This document shows positions 1 to 10,718 of a stretch of 58,772 bases of DNA, piece by piece. Numbering within the stretch: the first letter of the stretch is position 1; every line of letters starts with the position of its first letter. The notes under the pieces are model-generated. The model searched no databases. It was given only the letters and a program-made list of their open reading frames with translations, and was not told the origin of the DNA. The position numbers and the translations under genes were made by a program. Origin of the DNA: Spirogloea muscicola (lineage: Eukaryota); the NCBI GenBank assembly GCA_009602725.1, contig WELB01000002.1:704851-763622 (forward strand), in the 5' to 3' direction.

Positions 1-250
1 TTTCAACCTGTCTGCAACGAGCTCAGGCGTATGCTCTGCATCAGAAAGCTGGTCGAGCCTTAGCTGCTGGCACAAGAGCTAAGTCAATTGCCGTCCGCTA
101 TTCGAGCGTCAGCTAGCGACCTCTATGTGCTGACTCGTGGTTACTGAGCGGGTCAGCTTAGCAGCAGGTGACGTACATTTGTCCAATGTGCTTGCCTTTG
201 TACTTGGCCACACATGGCCTCCCCATCTCTTAATATACACGCATTTCCCT
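1..250 (+). mobile_element. 5'-truncated 3' end of CRE-like (RLE) non-LTR retrotransposon, subfamily A
   Basis: Encodes ...CLQRAQAYALHQKAGRALAAG...SDLYVLTRGY* (stop 145-147), then a ~100-nt 3' UTR. Nearly identical to 4632-4878 (two internal substitutions seen). Same protein tail as the longer RLE-encoding copy at 35171-35777. Confidence 0.8.
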
Positions 251-269
251 TTGCAACCTCGCTCTCCCA

Positions 270-330
270 GAATTGGCTTTGCATCGGCCACCATTCATGT
301 CATGTGCACCGCGCGCCTTGTCCTTCTCTA
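270..330 (+). mobile_element. degenerate terminal module (type E) of CRE-like element
   Basis: ...ggcc...ttcatgtcatgtgcaccgcgcgccttg matches the terminus seen at 4463-4545, 8466-8520, 32480-32530 and 50864-50920. Confidence 0.6.
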
Positions 331-1606
331 GAGCTGCTGCTTCTTCCCCTTGGCGCCAACAGCTACGAGCCGAGCCCGGCAGGAACGGTTGGTGGCTCTA
401 CGTTCTTGTTGTACGGGGCCAACGAGCAGGTGGCCGGACGTAGAGGCGGCGGTTGTGACCGGCCAGCCCTCGCTTAGCTCTGCAATCCGAGGTCATGTTT
501 TGCTCGTGTATTGGGTCGGCTTGACCTCCCACTTATTTATCATGCACATTGCGCGCCAGAGACACCAAAACCTGCTTCTTCCAACGAGCAGCAAGAGGTT
601 TAGGGTGAATGGACGGCCCAGGACGGTCACATAGAAGATGTGAACCTGCGCTTCCAGGAGCGCAAGAACTTGTCCTGAGATTCAGGACCAGCAAATGGAT
701 ACCTCCCTGTACATTGAGAAGGGATATCGACTGTAGGGGGCAATAGATGTAGTGGCTACTTGGGAACAACACGCACAAGGAAATGGAAGCAGGCACTTGC
801 TCCTCGCGCAAAGGCGCAAAGGACTGCTCAGCACAACTAATAAGTAAGTAGAAACTTAATTATTAAGGGCCAACTAAAGCAGGGATGGCAGACTTCGAAC
901 AGTCTGAGGCATACCAGTGAGCACTGCAAGCTCACCAGAAGGGCAGAGTCTCTGAGAGCCCAGCCTGACAAGTTTACAAGATGTGCTGGGAAGGATGATC
1001 AGCAAAGGAGTCGACGCAGCATGCTTAGCAATGGCAACCGTTCAGTTGGCACAAGCTCTAGCCACAGACAGCGGCCTGAGGTCGGACAAACTCGTCCATA
1101 CAGTGAAACCCCCACACTGTGTAAGTTTGAGCCAGCTGCAAGCACATTACCTCCCTGCAAGTGCAAGTAAAGGCGAGCAAGCCCAGCCATGACACGGACA
1201 ATCTCTTGCGGTGTATATGTACAAGCGAGCTGTGGACACGGAAGCTCGCCTGCCCACTATCCGGTGCCCGCCCGCCATAGCAGCAGTGCAGGGAGAGAGG
1301 AGGGAGAGCTGGGTTGAGCCTAGTCACTGCAGTGCTACAAATAGCTATACATGCTTCACTCATGAAGGAGAGCAGCCTGCCGGGCATTAATGACATTAAT
1401 AGCCTGATTAATCTCATCAAGGGTCCTTCATTGACTGATGGCATCAAAAGAAGCAGGAATTGCTATCTCCACCATCTAGTCAAGGCCGGGCTCAGCTCCT
1501 CCAATTGTAGAGCACACTCTCTTGCATGATGTCAAACACCGTTACTTGCCCTTCTTAAAATACTTCATAATAAACCTACTCTGATGTCAAATGCAAGTCT
1601 TGATTC

Positions 1607-3493
1607 TCACTTCACTTTTGGGAAGATAGCAATGTTGACCCTCACTGTGGCCCCTTTTACAAGGGAACCGTCTCTCTCCTCGATCGCCCTCATTGCTGAA
1701 CCCTGCCCATTCACATCAAGCTTGACTTTAAATCTTGTTGATTGCCATTAAAGGAAACATTATTTGAGGATGCTCTGAAGAAATGTGCACATACACCTTG
1801 ATGGAGCCAAGAAGGAGCCATCTTGCTTCCATGCTGTGGCCCTTACCTCATCGGCCAGTGTAACAAATGCAAAACCCCGGGAAAGATTGGTCAGGTTATC
1901 CTTCACGACCTGAGCCATCAGCAACACAAGCATTGCAATAAGAACAAGTGCAAGTTTCTCATTGGCCACCTTCAACGAGCTAAAAGTAACAAGCTAAAGC
2001 AAACAGTATATAAATGATGACTAAGAAACATGCAGCAGCTGCACGCAGCATGTGAAACGTGACTTCACCTTCACATCAACCACGCTTCCATATTCTTGAA
2101 ATAATCCCTTCAGGTCAACAGCTGTGGTATCTTTGCTGAGGCCCCCAATGAAGAGCTTGCAGTGCTGTCGGCCTACAGGCTTTTCAGCATTGCCATCGTC
2201 TATCCTCAACGGCGTTGGATGAGGCCCAGTCTTTCTGACGCCCTGCGTCACCTGCGCTTGACTGCCACGCACGGGCTCAGAGATCAGCAGGGGACAACAG
2301 AGAGCAGGCAGTGTACATTGCCAGCCACTCGATGTAAACTCTCAGTTTATTGCTAGAAGTGGAGTCTGAGCATCTAGATCTAGATCAGATAAGAAGAAAC
2401 GTTACGAATAAGGCAGGAGCAAACGCCAGTTGACAGTTATGACTGACATCTAGACGACAAGGTACTTTCTCAGTGAGATGCATGGCAAGAGTTGCTTAGC
2501 ATAAGAGGAGTACGGAGAGCGGCCGGCCATAGAAGGGGCGGTTGTGGAGAGTTTCCATCACGCGCGCCGCCTCCTTGGGTGAGCCCATGAGCACAAATCC
2601 AAAGCCCATGTGCTTGCCCTTCTCCTGACAGCTCACGTCATGCAAGGCAGACAGCGATTGTCAGCGAGCATCGCTGGCATGGTATCGTAGTCAATTAAAC
2701 GCACCTACCTAAAGGGGGCCCGGACTTGTGGAGAGGCTCTACAATCTTACAGCTACATGCCTCCCCAAGCACCACACTCAGTTTGTTTGACAACACTAAG
2801 CGACGCTTCCAGGTCTTGGAGCTTAGAAAGAGGTTCTGCATCCTTTAGGAATACGTATCAGATTGGAAATTGCATCCTTTACTTTGGAGGCCTTGCTCTG
2901 CTTGGGGTAGCTCGCAAGCTCCACCTCCTCCACAGAGCCGTACTGCTCGAAGATATCGCGCAGCTCTGCAGCGACCACTCCCACAGGCAGCTGGCTTGTT
3001 GGTACCAAAAGGAAGGCCCCTTCTAAGACGAAGGTATATAGGCATACAATTTATCTGTTATCTAAGTGCATGAACGAGAGCAGTATCTGTCAATGGAACC
3101 TGAACAAGGCTCTTGCTGTTAGCAGAGCGAGCTCAAGAGTCCCATAAGGAGGCAAGGACGCCTGCCTGGCTCCAGGGACTGGCGGAGACGGTTTCTGGGG
3201 AGGCCGCCCACGAACAAGCGCCGGGGGTCGAGGCGGGCCGCCAGCTCCCGGCCCTCCCCGCCACCGCCGCCGCCAGCCCCGACGCCGCCGCCATCGCTGC
3301 CAGGCGGCTCTTCGCCGAGTGCGATCGCCGCCGGCCCCACGGCCAGCTGGGCTGGCCTCCGTCTCCGTCTCGTTAGCGCCACTCGCGACGGCCGCACCAT
3401 GGGAGGCGCCGCCAGACGCACGGACGCCGGCACTGGCAGCGGGCGCGGCGGCCCGGCCAGCGGGCCGCAGCTCCAGCCCCCCGTTGCAAGCAT
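1607..3493 (-). CDS. RNA-binding protein with two RRM domains and an Arg/Ala/Pro-rich N-terminus (possible organellar transit peptide); about 6 exons
   Basis: RNP2/RNP1 motifs across exons: RRLFVGGLP..ELRDIFEQYGSVEEVEL..KHMGFGFVLM and KLFIGGLSKDTTAVDLKGLFQEYGSV..SRGFAFVTLADE..AMRAIEERDGSLVKGATVRVNIA. Proposed ATG at 3493, stop at 1607-1609. The exon 3/4 junction is uncertain. Confidence 0.8.
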
Positions 3494-3618
3494 GCCGCTG
3501 CGACGCACCGGGCTTCCGCTGCCGGCACAGCAAGCTGGGCTCCACGAGGCGCTGCGCTTGTCACTCCGCGCGCTGTGGACGTGCGCGAGAGAAGACGGCT
3601 GCTGCTGTGAAGAAGTGA

Positions 3619-3755
3619 GCTCTGCCAACGCCTTGCATCGGCGTGCCGGCCGTGCTCTAGCTTCAGCCTCGGGCTTTCGTCGAGAGGTTTGCTTTTCGGC
3701 GGCTACTCTTCCAGACTTGCGGCTACTAACTGGAGATCACTAAGTGATAGTCCTA
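3619..3755 (+). mobile_element. CRE-like ORF C-terminus fragment (LLTGDH* subfamily)
   Basis: SANALHRRAGRALASASGFRREVCFSAATLPDLRLLTGDH* (stop 3741-3743). Homologous to 8668-8790 and 37400-37520. Confidence 0.75.
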
Positions 3756-3764
3756 AAGGGAAAG

Positions 3765-4095
3765 AGAAGACGACTCTACCACTAGAGGGCGATGGCTGTG
3801 ATCGGCCAGCCCAGGTAAAAGAATGAGTAGTGATCGAAGAGGCCAGAAAATCGTACAGAGAAAGCATTGGGAGCACTGCAAGGAAGGTGAGCGGTGCGCA
3901 CGAAAGAGAGGGAGGCCAAGCAAAGCAGTACATTCTAGTAAGAACAAAGAAAGAATTAAATAGGGGCTCAGGTCATACAGCGGAAAAGGACAACTGAAGG
4001 GGGCACTAGAGTACCTACGATTGAGCACATACAGTTCTGCCAGACTTACTCGGGGCGCCGGAGCACCACCCCACAAGCCAGTGGCCCAAGTATAG
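3765..4095 (-). mobile_element. two tandem CRE-like 3' ends (LYVLNRRY-type end followed by D-type 3' UTR)
   Basis: The minus strand encodes ATGLWGGAPAPRVSLAELYVLNRRY, then a UTR ending ggcctccctctctttcgtgcgcaccgc, then the gggctggccgatcacagccatcgccctct terminus. Confidence 0.7.
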
Positions 4096-4099
4096 AAAT

Positions 4100-4630
4100 G
4101 GAAAAGGCAAAGAAAAGTTGCACTCATCTCCACATTGCTTCCTGCATGACTAGCACCCCACTTTTTCCAGCGTTCATATACATGGCAGGTGTGCTACCTT
4201 TATGGCCTCGGCCTCGTGAACTTCCTAATTGTTCGTGAACTTCCTAATTGAGTGTGCAATACCTGGGAACTGCTTGGCTTGGCTTGGCTGTTGCGTGGCA
4301 ATGACTTCTAATGAGGTGCACAAAATGCCTGCCGGCCTGCATCTTTAAGGATGAGTAGACCAAACACTTCAAATGTGACTGGCTTGGGGTGGAATACCTT
4401 CATATTGGTGGTATGAACAAACACGTTGTAGCTGACAGGGCTGAAAATTGTTGACGTCTTCATTTGCACCAGACTCTGCCTGAACACTGCATTGGCTTGA
4501 AGTGGCCTCCCTTTCATTTCAAGCGCTCCGCGCGCCTTCTCTCTCTCTTCAATCAAGTCAACATTCAGGTCAAACTGAACATGAATGGACCACATATTGT
4601 CTATTACACGATGCCCCGCCTACAAGATGT
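4100..4630. repeat. unclassified dispersed repeat, copy 1 (paired with 9340-9760)
   Basis: Collinear similarity with 9340-9760 (e.g. tgcactcatc..cacattgctt, gttgcgtggcaatgacttct, ttcaatcaagtcaacattcaggtc, gtctattacacgatgccccgcct). No recognisable ORF. Confidence 0.75.
4463..4545 (+). mobile_element. 83-bp retro-insertion (type E terminus) with 6-bp TSD TCTTCA
   Basis: tcttca at 4457-4462 and 4546-4551. The paralogous site near 9677 (gacgtcttcaatcaagtc) lacks the insert and has one tcttca. Confidence 0.85.
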
Positions 4631-4631
4631 N

Positions 4632-4900
4632 GTTCAACCTGTCTGCAACGAGCTCAGGCGTATGCTCTGCATCAGAAAGCTGGTCGAGCCTTAGCTGCTG
4701 GCACAAGAGCTAAGTCAATTGCCGTCCGGTATTCGAGCGTCAGCTAGCGACCTCTATGTGCTGACTCGTGGTTACTGAGCGGGTCAGCTTAGCAGCAGGT
4801 GACGTACATTTGTCCAATGTGCTTGCCTTTGTACTTGGCCACACATGGCCTCCCCATCTCTTAATACACACGCATTCCTTTCTTTCTTTCTGCTTTCTTT
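4632..4900 (+). mobile_element. CRE-like 3' end, subfamily A
   Basis: Near-identical to 1-250, preceded by a single N, followed by a (TTTC)n-like tract. Confidence 0.8.
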
Positions 4901-4921
4901 CTTTGTGTGCTTTGTCGGCTC

Positions 4922-5224
4922 TGTCATGCGAGTAGGTGTCGGTGCGAAATGACGTCGATAGGTCTAGACGATAACAGACCTTGACCAGCTGACATGGAAA
5001 ACAGTCTGATAAAGGTCAACAATTGTCGTCAGTTGTCAAGGAGCACAACAAATAAACAGCTCAAGACATGGTGAAATTTGACTATGTAGTATGTAGTACC
5101 CACCGAAGTGAATGAGTCAGCCTAGTAAGGCCACGTGTGAAGCCAAGTCAGCCACGTGTGAAGCCCAGTCAACTGTCCTAGTCAGATCGACATAAATAGG
5201 CAGTCGACAGGATACAGCACGACA
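4922..5224 (-). repeat. complete 303-bp LTR; halves repeated at 5227-5397 and 8125-8250
   Basis: TG...CA ends with an imperfect 8-bp inverted repeat. 4922-5092 is nearly identical to 5227-5397, and 5099-5224 is nearly identical to 8125-8250. Confidence 0.88.
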
Positions 5225-5386
5225 GCTGTCATGCGAGTAGGTGTCGGTGCGAAATGACGTCGAGAGGTCTAGACGATAACAGACCTTGACCAGCTGACAT
5301 GGAAAACAGTCTGATAAAGGTCAACAATTGTCTTCAGTTGTCAAAGAGCACAACAGATAAACAGCTCAAGACATGGTGAAATTTGA

Positions 5387-8010
5387 CTATGTAGTATCCC
5401 CCCCCCCAACTGTCAGTCCTGGCACCGGTTGAGCAGTTGGGTGATCAGCTGAGCAAGTTGTACAGAACCAATCATGCCCGGGTATAGATTCAAGTGGAGG
5501 TACAAGGCAGTAAATATGCCAACCTCGATTGCAGTGAGAGCACAAGAGCATGACACCTGCCTGATCTGTGCACTCACAAACTTCACAAGATAACTGCTTA
5601 GATACCCACTGTTTAGTAGGGTCAATAGTAGTATCGATGTTGCTGAGGTGACAACGAGCAACATTCTGAATATGATCACTGATAACGCGATTACATGAAC
5701 CACGAAGACGAACCACACCTGAAGGGAGTTTCTCAACGACCTGAAGAATTAGAGGTCCAGTTGAAGAGTCCAATGCATCCTGTGGCTTAACCTTAAGATA
5801 CACAAAATCATTCACATTAATGTCTTTAGATTTGGGTCTGTAAGTACCGCTACGGATTGTAGCGTACCCGTTTGTGTCACGGTGTTGTGCAATGCGTAAG
5901 TTGTTCATGGCCATGGGCATGTGCTTCTGAAACAGTTGGCCCCGAGCCGTGCAAACCTTCTGCCAAATCAGTGGATCATCCAGATCTACCACGTTAGTGA
6001 CCAAGCTAATGTTAGCAGGGATAGCTAGCAGGAATAGCTGGATGCCGACCAAACAGAAGAAAATAAGGGCTATAACAGGACAAAGAAGCCTGGTTGGACA
6101 TTCGATATCCCATAATAAGCCATGGTAGGAAGTAGTCCCAACGTTCCAAACCATGTTGCATTGCATACTTCATCAAACCTTTCTTGATTGTCTGCACCAT
6201 CCGCTCAGCCAAACCATCAGCCTGTGGATGATCCCTAGATGTAAGTCGGTGATCAATGAAGCTGCGGTCTAACAATCGCTGGAATGCGCCTTTGTACTCT
6301 GTACCGCGGTCAGTAAGCACTTCTGCTGGAGCACCATACCGAGTGAGTACAGCATCGCGGAAAGCATAAGCAATAAGCTCACTAGTCTTGGTAGGAATAA
6401 TAACAACTTCTACCCATTTCGAAAAATGCTCAATCATAATGAGCACATAAGGCCTGGCACGTTTACCCAGTTGCAGTGGACCTGCCAAATCAAGACTCCG
6501 CCTGTAAAAGAGCCCCTCAATTGGTAAAGGATGCAACACTGGAGATTTTAGTGAGAAGGTACTACGAATACGGTCGCACTCCTCACACTGTGACAAAACA
6601 TGTTTGACAGTGTTCGTCACACCATACCACCAATACCTTGGCATAAGAAGACTGATGGTACGTTTCACACCAAAGTGTCCATAGTTTGTGTGGACATCTT
6701 GGACTATCTGCAAACGATCTGCAGGAGGAGGGACAACCTGGTTCCCGTATTCCTGATGAGGACAAATGAGTTGATTGTTCTGCCAAACATATCGCCTAGC
6801 TCGGTGCTTGATCCTATCTTTCTGAACAGTAGAAAGATTAGGAAGATACATGGCGTGTTGATTGTAATGAAGAACGGGAAGGTCTAGCCAAACATCTTTT
6901 GAAAAGGATGTATCGTCAGGCACGTCAAGAGCGTTAACAAGTGGCGAATACATAGCAAAACAGGCCAGATTAGAAGCAGGACTACGGATAGATCAGACAC
7001 AACAGCTACTGAAAGCAAAGCAAATTGCTCTTCCACAGATGCTGGTATAGGATGGCGGCTGAGTGCATCTGCATCCAGATTCTGTAACCCTGGCTTATGC
7101 ACAATCTCAAACTCATACTCCGTTAAACGTAGTGACCACCTGGCTAGTTTGCCAGTCAGATGATTAGTGGTTAGTAGCCACTTCAAAGGTTGATGATCGG
7201 TTATAAGCTTAAACCGTCGTCCAAATAAGTACGGTCTAAAATGCGTGACAGCCCAAACAGCTGCAAGACATTCGCCTTCGTATGCAGAATAATTCTGTTG
7301 AGCAGCATTATTAGAACGACTAGCGTATGCAATGACGTAATCATGGGAATCTTCGTCTTGCTGTGTGAGTACAGCGCCCATGCCGAGATTACTCCAGGCT
7401 GTGTGCAGCTGGAACTCTTTGGCATAGTTTGGACGACGTAACACAGGAGCTGTTGTCAGTGATTGCTTTAACTGGCAAAAAGCGTTTTCCTGTTCGGATC
7501 CCCATAGCCATTGTGCATTTCTCTTGAGAAGGCTGTTGAGAGGACTAGCCAAAGAGCCAAAATGCTCAATATATCTACGATGAAAATTGGCAAGTCCTAG
7601 AAACGATCTCAAAGATGTAAGATTGGTAGGTGCAGGGATTAACAGTATCGCTTGCACCTTGCTGTCTTGTGGTGAAAGACCATTGGCTGTTATCTGATGC
7701 CCAAGATAATGAGCCTCAGCGAGTGCAAACCGGCATTTGCCCGGATGGCACTTCAAACCTGAACTCTGTATCAACTTGAGAACAGAGTCAATATGTGTCA
7801 CATGCTCAGTGAATTCATGACTAAAAATCAAGACATCATCTATGTAACATCTGGCGTATGGAACTCCCTTCAACTCCTGGTCCATAACACGCTGAAACAT
7901 AGAGGGTGCATTTTTGAGTCCAAACGGCATCTTGGTCCATTGATAAAGCTTATCGACACCCCAGAATGCAGTCTTATGTCGATCACTAGGCTCAATATCA
8001 ATCTCGCCGA
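5387..8010 (-). pseudogene. pol: frameshifted Gypsy pol: RT (partial), RNase H, integrase, C-terminal PHD finger
   Basis: KTAF..MPFGLKNAP..YIDD (RT); LHTAWS..IAYASR..TDHQPL (RNase H, catalytic D replaced by A); HTNYGH..CEEC, DLAGP, TDRG, AER (integrase); CEVC..MLLCSHC..WHIYC..WFCTTC (PHD). Split over three frames. Confidence 0.92.
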
Positions 8011-8254
8011 GAGTCAGAGGTGGGTGGAACCTCCATTGTCAGCGTGAATCACACACAAAAGTGCATGACCCAGCCTAGGAGCCACATAGGGAGAAGAGTG
8101 GTCCTCCATCCTCAGCGTGAAACACCCACCGAAGTGAATGAGTCAGCCTAGTAAGGCCACGTGTGAAGCCCAGTCAGCCACGTGTGAAGCCCAGTCAACT
8201 GTCCTAGTCAGATCGACATAAATAGGCAGTCGACAGGATACAGCACGACAGCTC

Positions 8255-9335
8255 CTCTTGACCTTGTCCACTCCTTTTGGGCTGGCTTCTCCCAGCCACC
8301 AGTCAATTCGGCCGCGCTTTCTTTGTTTTCTTAGCGCTTCCTCTGGCCCCCTTCTCGTACTTTGTTCATTCTTTTTTGGGCTGGCTTTTCCAGCCCCTAT
8401 CCTCAATGGGCTAGCCCTTCTTTTTCCGAAGCACACGCATTTCAAAGCTGCTTTGTTTCGTTTTGTAAGGCTAGAATTGGCCTCCCTTTCAATTTCATGC
8501 GCACCGCGCGCCTTCTTCTTCTTTTTGTGCTTGTCTTCCTTAGTGCTTCGCCTAGCCCCCTTCTGGTACTTTGTTCATTCCTTTTTGGGCTGGCTGTTCT
8601 CTATGGGCGAGCACATTCAATTCCAGCCCATATCCTCAGTGGGCGAGCCCTTTCCTTTCAAAGCACGCCTTGCATTCGCGTGCTGGCCGTGCTCTAGCTG
8701 CAGCCTCGGGCTTTCGTCAAAGGGTTTGCTTTCCGGCGGCTGGTCTTTCTGGCTTGCGGCTACTAACTGGAGATTCCTAAGTGATTAACCTAGAAATTAA
8801 GATAGAGAAAGGCTCTTCCAAGAGAGGGCGATGGCTGTGATCGGCCAGCCCAGGAAAATGAACGAATGAAGTTCGAAGAGGCCAGAATTCGTACAGGGAA
8901 AGCCTTGGGAGCACTGCAAGGAAAAATTTAGTGTATTTGAAACAAAAGAAAAGGAGAGTGTATTAAGAGATGGAGGGCCATGTGTGGCCAAGTACAAAGG
9001 TAAGCACATTGACAAATGTATGTCACCCTGCTGCTAAGCTGACCCGCTCAGTAACCACGAGTCAGCACATGGAGGTCACTAACTGATGCCCGAATACCGG
9101 ACGGCACTCGAAACAAAGGAAGGTGCGCAGTGCGCTTGACATGAGAGGGAGGCCAAAGCAAAGCAGTACTGTTGTAAGAACAAAGAAAGAATCTAAGAGG
9201 GGCCAAGGTAAAATGAAGCGGAAGGAGACAACTGAATGGGGCGCTAGAGTACCTACGAGTGAGCACATACAATTCTGCCAGACTTGCTTGGGCCGCCAAA
9301 GCACCACCCCGCAAGACAGTGGCCTAAATCTCAAT
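8255..9335. mobile_element. nest of about 9 CRE-like 3' ends in both orientations
   Basis: Plus strand: modules at 8262-8320, 8330-8420, 8466-8520, 8540-8655 and the LLTGDS* fragment at 8668-8790. Minus strand: D UTR at 8800-8920, insert 8924-9115 (..SDLHVLTRGY*) flanked by aaggaa, and the LYVLTRRY end at 9120-9335. Confidence 0.8.
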
Positions 9336-9339
9336 CTAA

Positions 9340-9760
9340 AAGTGGAAGAGGCAATGAAGAGATGCACTCATCGCCACATTGCTTCCCACATAACCAGCAT
9401 CCCACTCTTCCCAGCGTCCAAATAACACGGCAGGTGTACTAACTTGATGGCGACCTCCACCTTGTGATCTTCCTATTTGAGTGTGCAATACGTGGACTGG
9501 CATGGCTTGGCTTGACTGTTGCGTGGCAATGACTTCTGGTGAGCTGCACAAAATGTCTGCCGGCCTCCATCTTCAAGGATGAGTAGACCGACCACTTGTC
9601 ACTAGTTTGGAGTGGAATACCTTCATGTTGGTATAAACAACCACATTGTAGCTGACAGGGCTGGAAACTGTCGACGTCTTCAATCAAGTCAACATTCAGG
9701 TCTTACCGAGCATGAATGAACCACGTGTTGTCTATTACACGATGCCCCGCCTGCAAAATG
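9340..9760. repeat. unclassified dispersed repeat, copy 2 (paired with 4100-4630)
   Basis: Collinear similarity to 4100-4630. Confidence 0.75.
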
Positions 9761-9809
9761 TCTCCCAACATGGAATGTTCTGACTGCTGACCGAGTGAGT
9801 TCTCCTCAA

Positions 9810-9928
9810 AAGCAAGCGCGGCCAGATTGACTGGTGGCTGGGAGAGGCCAGCCCAAAAGGAATGGACAAGGACAGAAGAGTCCTGGGTGCTAAGTAGTAA
9901 GATAGCAGCAAGGGAACTCTCAGTAACC
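9810..9928 (-). mobile_element. CRE-like 3' UTR (type C terminus)
   Basis: The minus strand reads GGTTACTGA (GY*)...gtccattccttttgggctggcctctcccagccaccagtcaatctggccgcgc. Same terminus at 8262, 21768, 25888 and 37642. Confidence 0.7.
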
Positions 9929-10718
9929 TCAAAAGTATCGACTGTGCATGACCTGTCGAAGCAACCTACAGAAGTTGGGGCAAAGAGGCGCGAGCGAATG
10001 CAGCTTCTCCAGTATAGCAACGTCTGTGAGTGGCCAGCCCAAAACATTGTCTGGAAGGAGGGGTGGATGCGAGGAGGCCACTAATCGTTCCTGGCTTGTC
10101 ACAAACCAGGAACGACTTGGAAAATTGCGGCCAAGTAGGTCTGATTCAGGTTGCACAAGGCAAATTTTGTGACGCGTCCTCTTGAGTGCGCCCTCATGTG
10201 AAGGCAGATGCGAACTCTTTGGCGCAAGTATGGGCAGAGCACCTCCTTGCTACTTACATCCAGGACTTCGATAGTTGCAGTTTGGTAAGAGACACTGGCA
10301 GAAGTAACATTGGGCTGCCCAGCTGAAGGACAGCCCCGGCTTGTGCAGGTTGCAAGGTGCTGAAATCCAACTGCCAAGTTGTTGAGGGGGGGGGAACAGA
10401 TCTCTGTAGAAGAAGGTGGTCTATTTGAGGGTTAAATGATATCGAAGCATGGACCCACGAGTACACAACCTCTAGGAAATTCGATTTGATAGACCAACAG
10501 GAGGTAATTGTCCCCTTCAAAGAATGGACTATGAAGTCAATGTATTGTTCAGTCAGGACATTCTACTTCTTGCCAACGGCCATGCCTTGAGCAGTTGCAA
10601 TTGCAGCTATCAAGGAGATCGACTAAAGTGATACAAGGGTCCCGACATGTACGTGGACCTTAATGAAAATGTCAATGAGGCTACACTACAGGTGGTCTTC
10701 TTGAGGTTGAGCAACAAA

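Larger units (their letters stand above)
4922..8250 (-). mobile_element. decayed Ty3/Gypsy LTR retrotransposon (gag and protease missing, LTRs rearranged)
   Basis: RT-RNaseH-integrase order. Termini TGTCGTGC...GCATGACA. 4-bp flanking duplication GCTC (4918-4921, 8251-8254). Polypurine tract G10 at 5398-5407 on the minus strand. Confidence 0.93.

Noticed and set aside
3494..3628. N-terminal extension of the RRM gene from a TTG start
   Set aside because: Non-ATG start that overlaps a retroelement fragment; the ATG at 3493 is more plausible.
9810..9870. HDV-like ribozyme (GGCTGGG...GAATGGAC resemblance)
   Set aside because: I could not build the P1/P1.1/P3 nested pseudoknot. The motif lies at element 3' ends and the resemblance is on the antisense strand.
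10085..10115. 10-bp perfect hairpin tcgttcctgg...ccaggaacga
   Set aside because: Single occurrence, with no Helitron CTRR end or other context.
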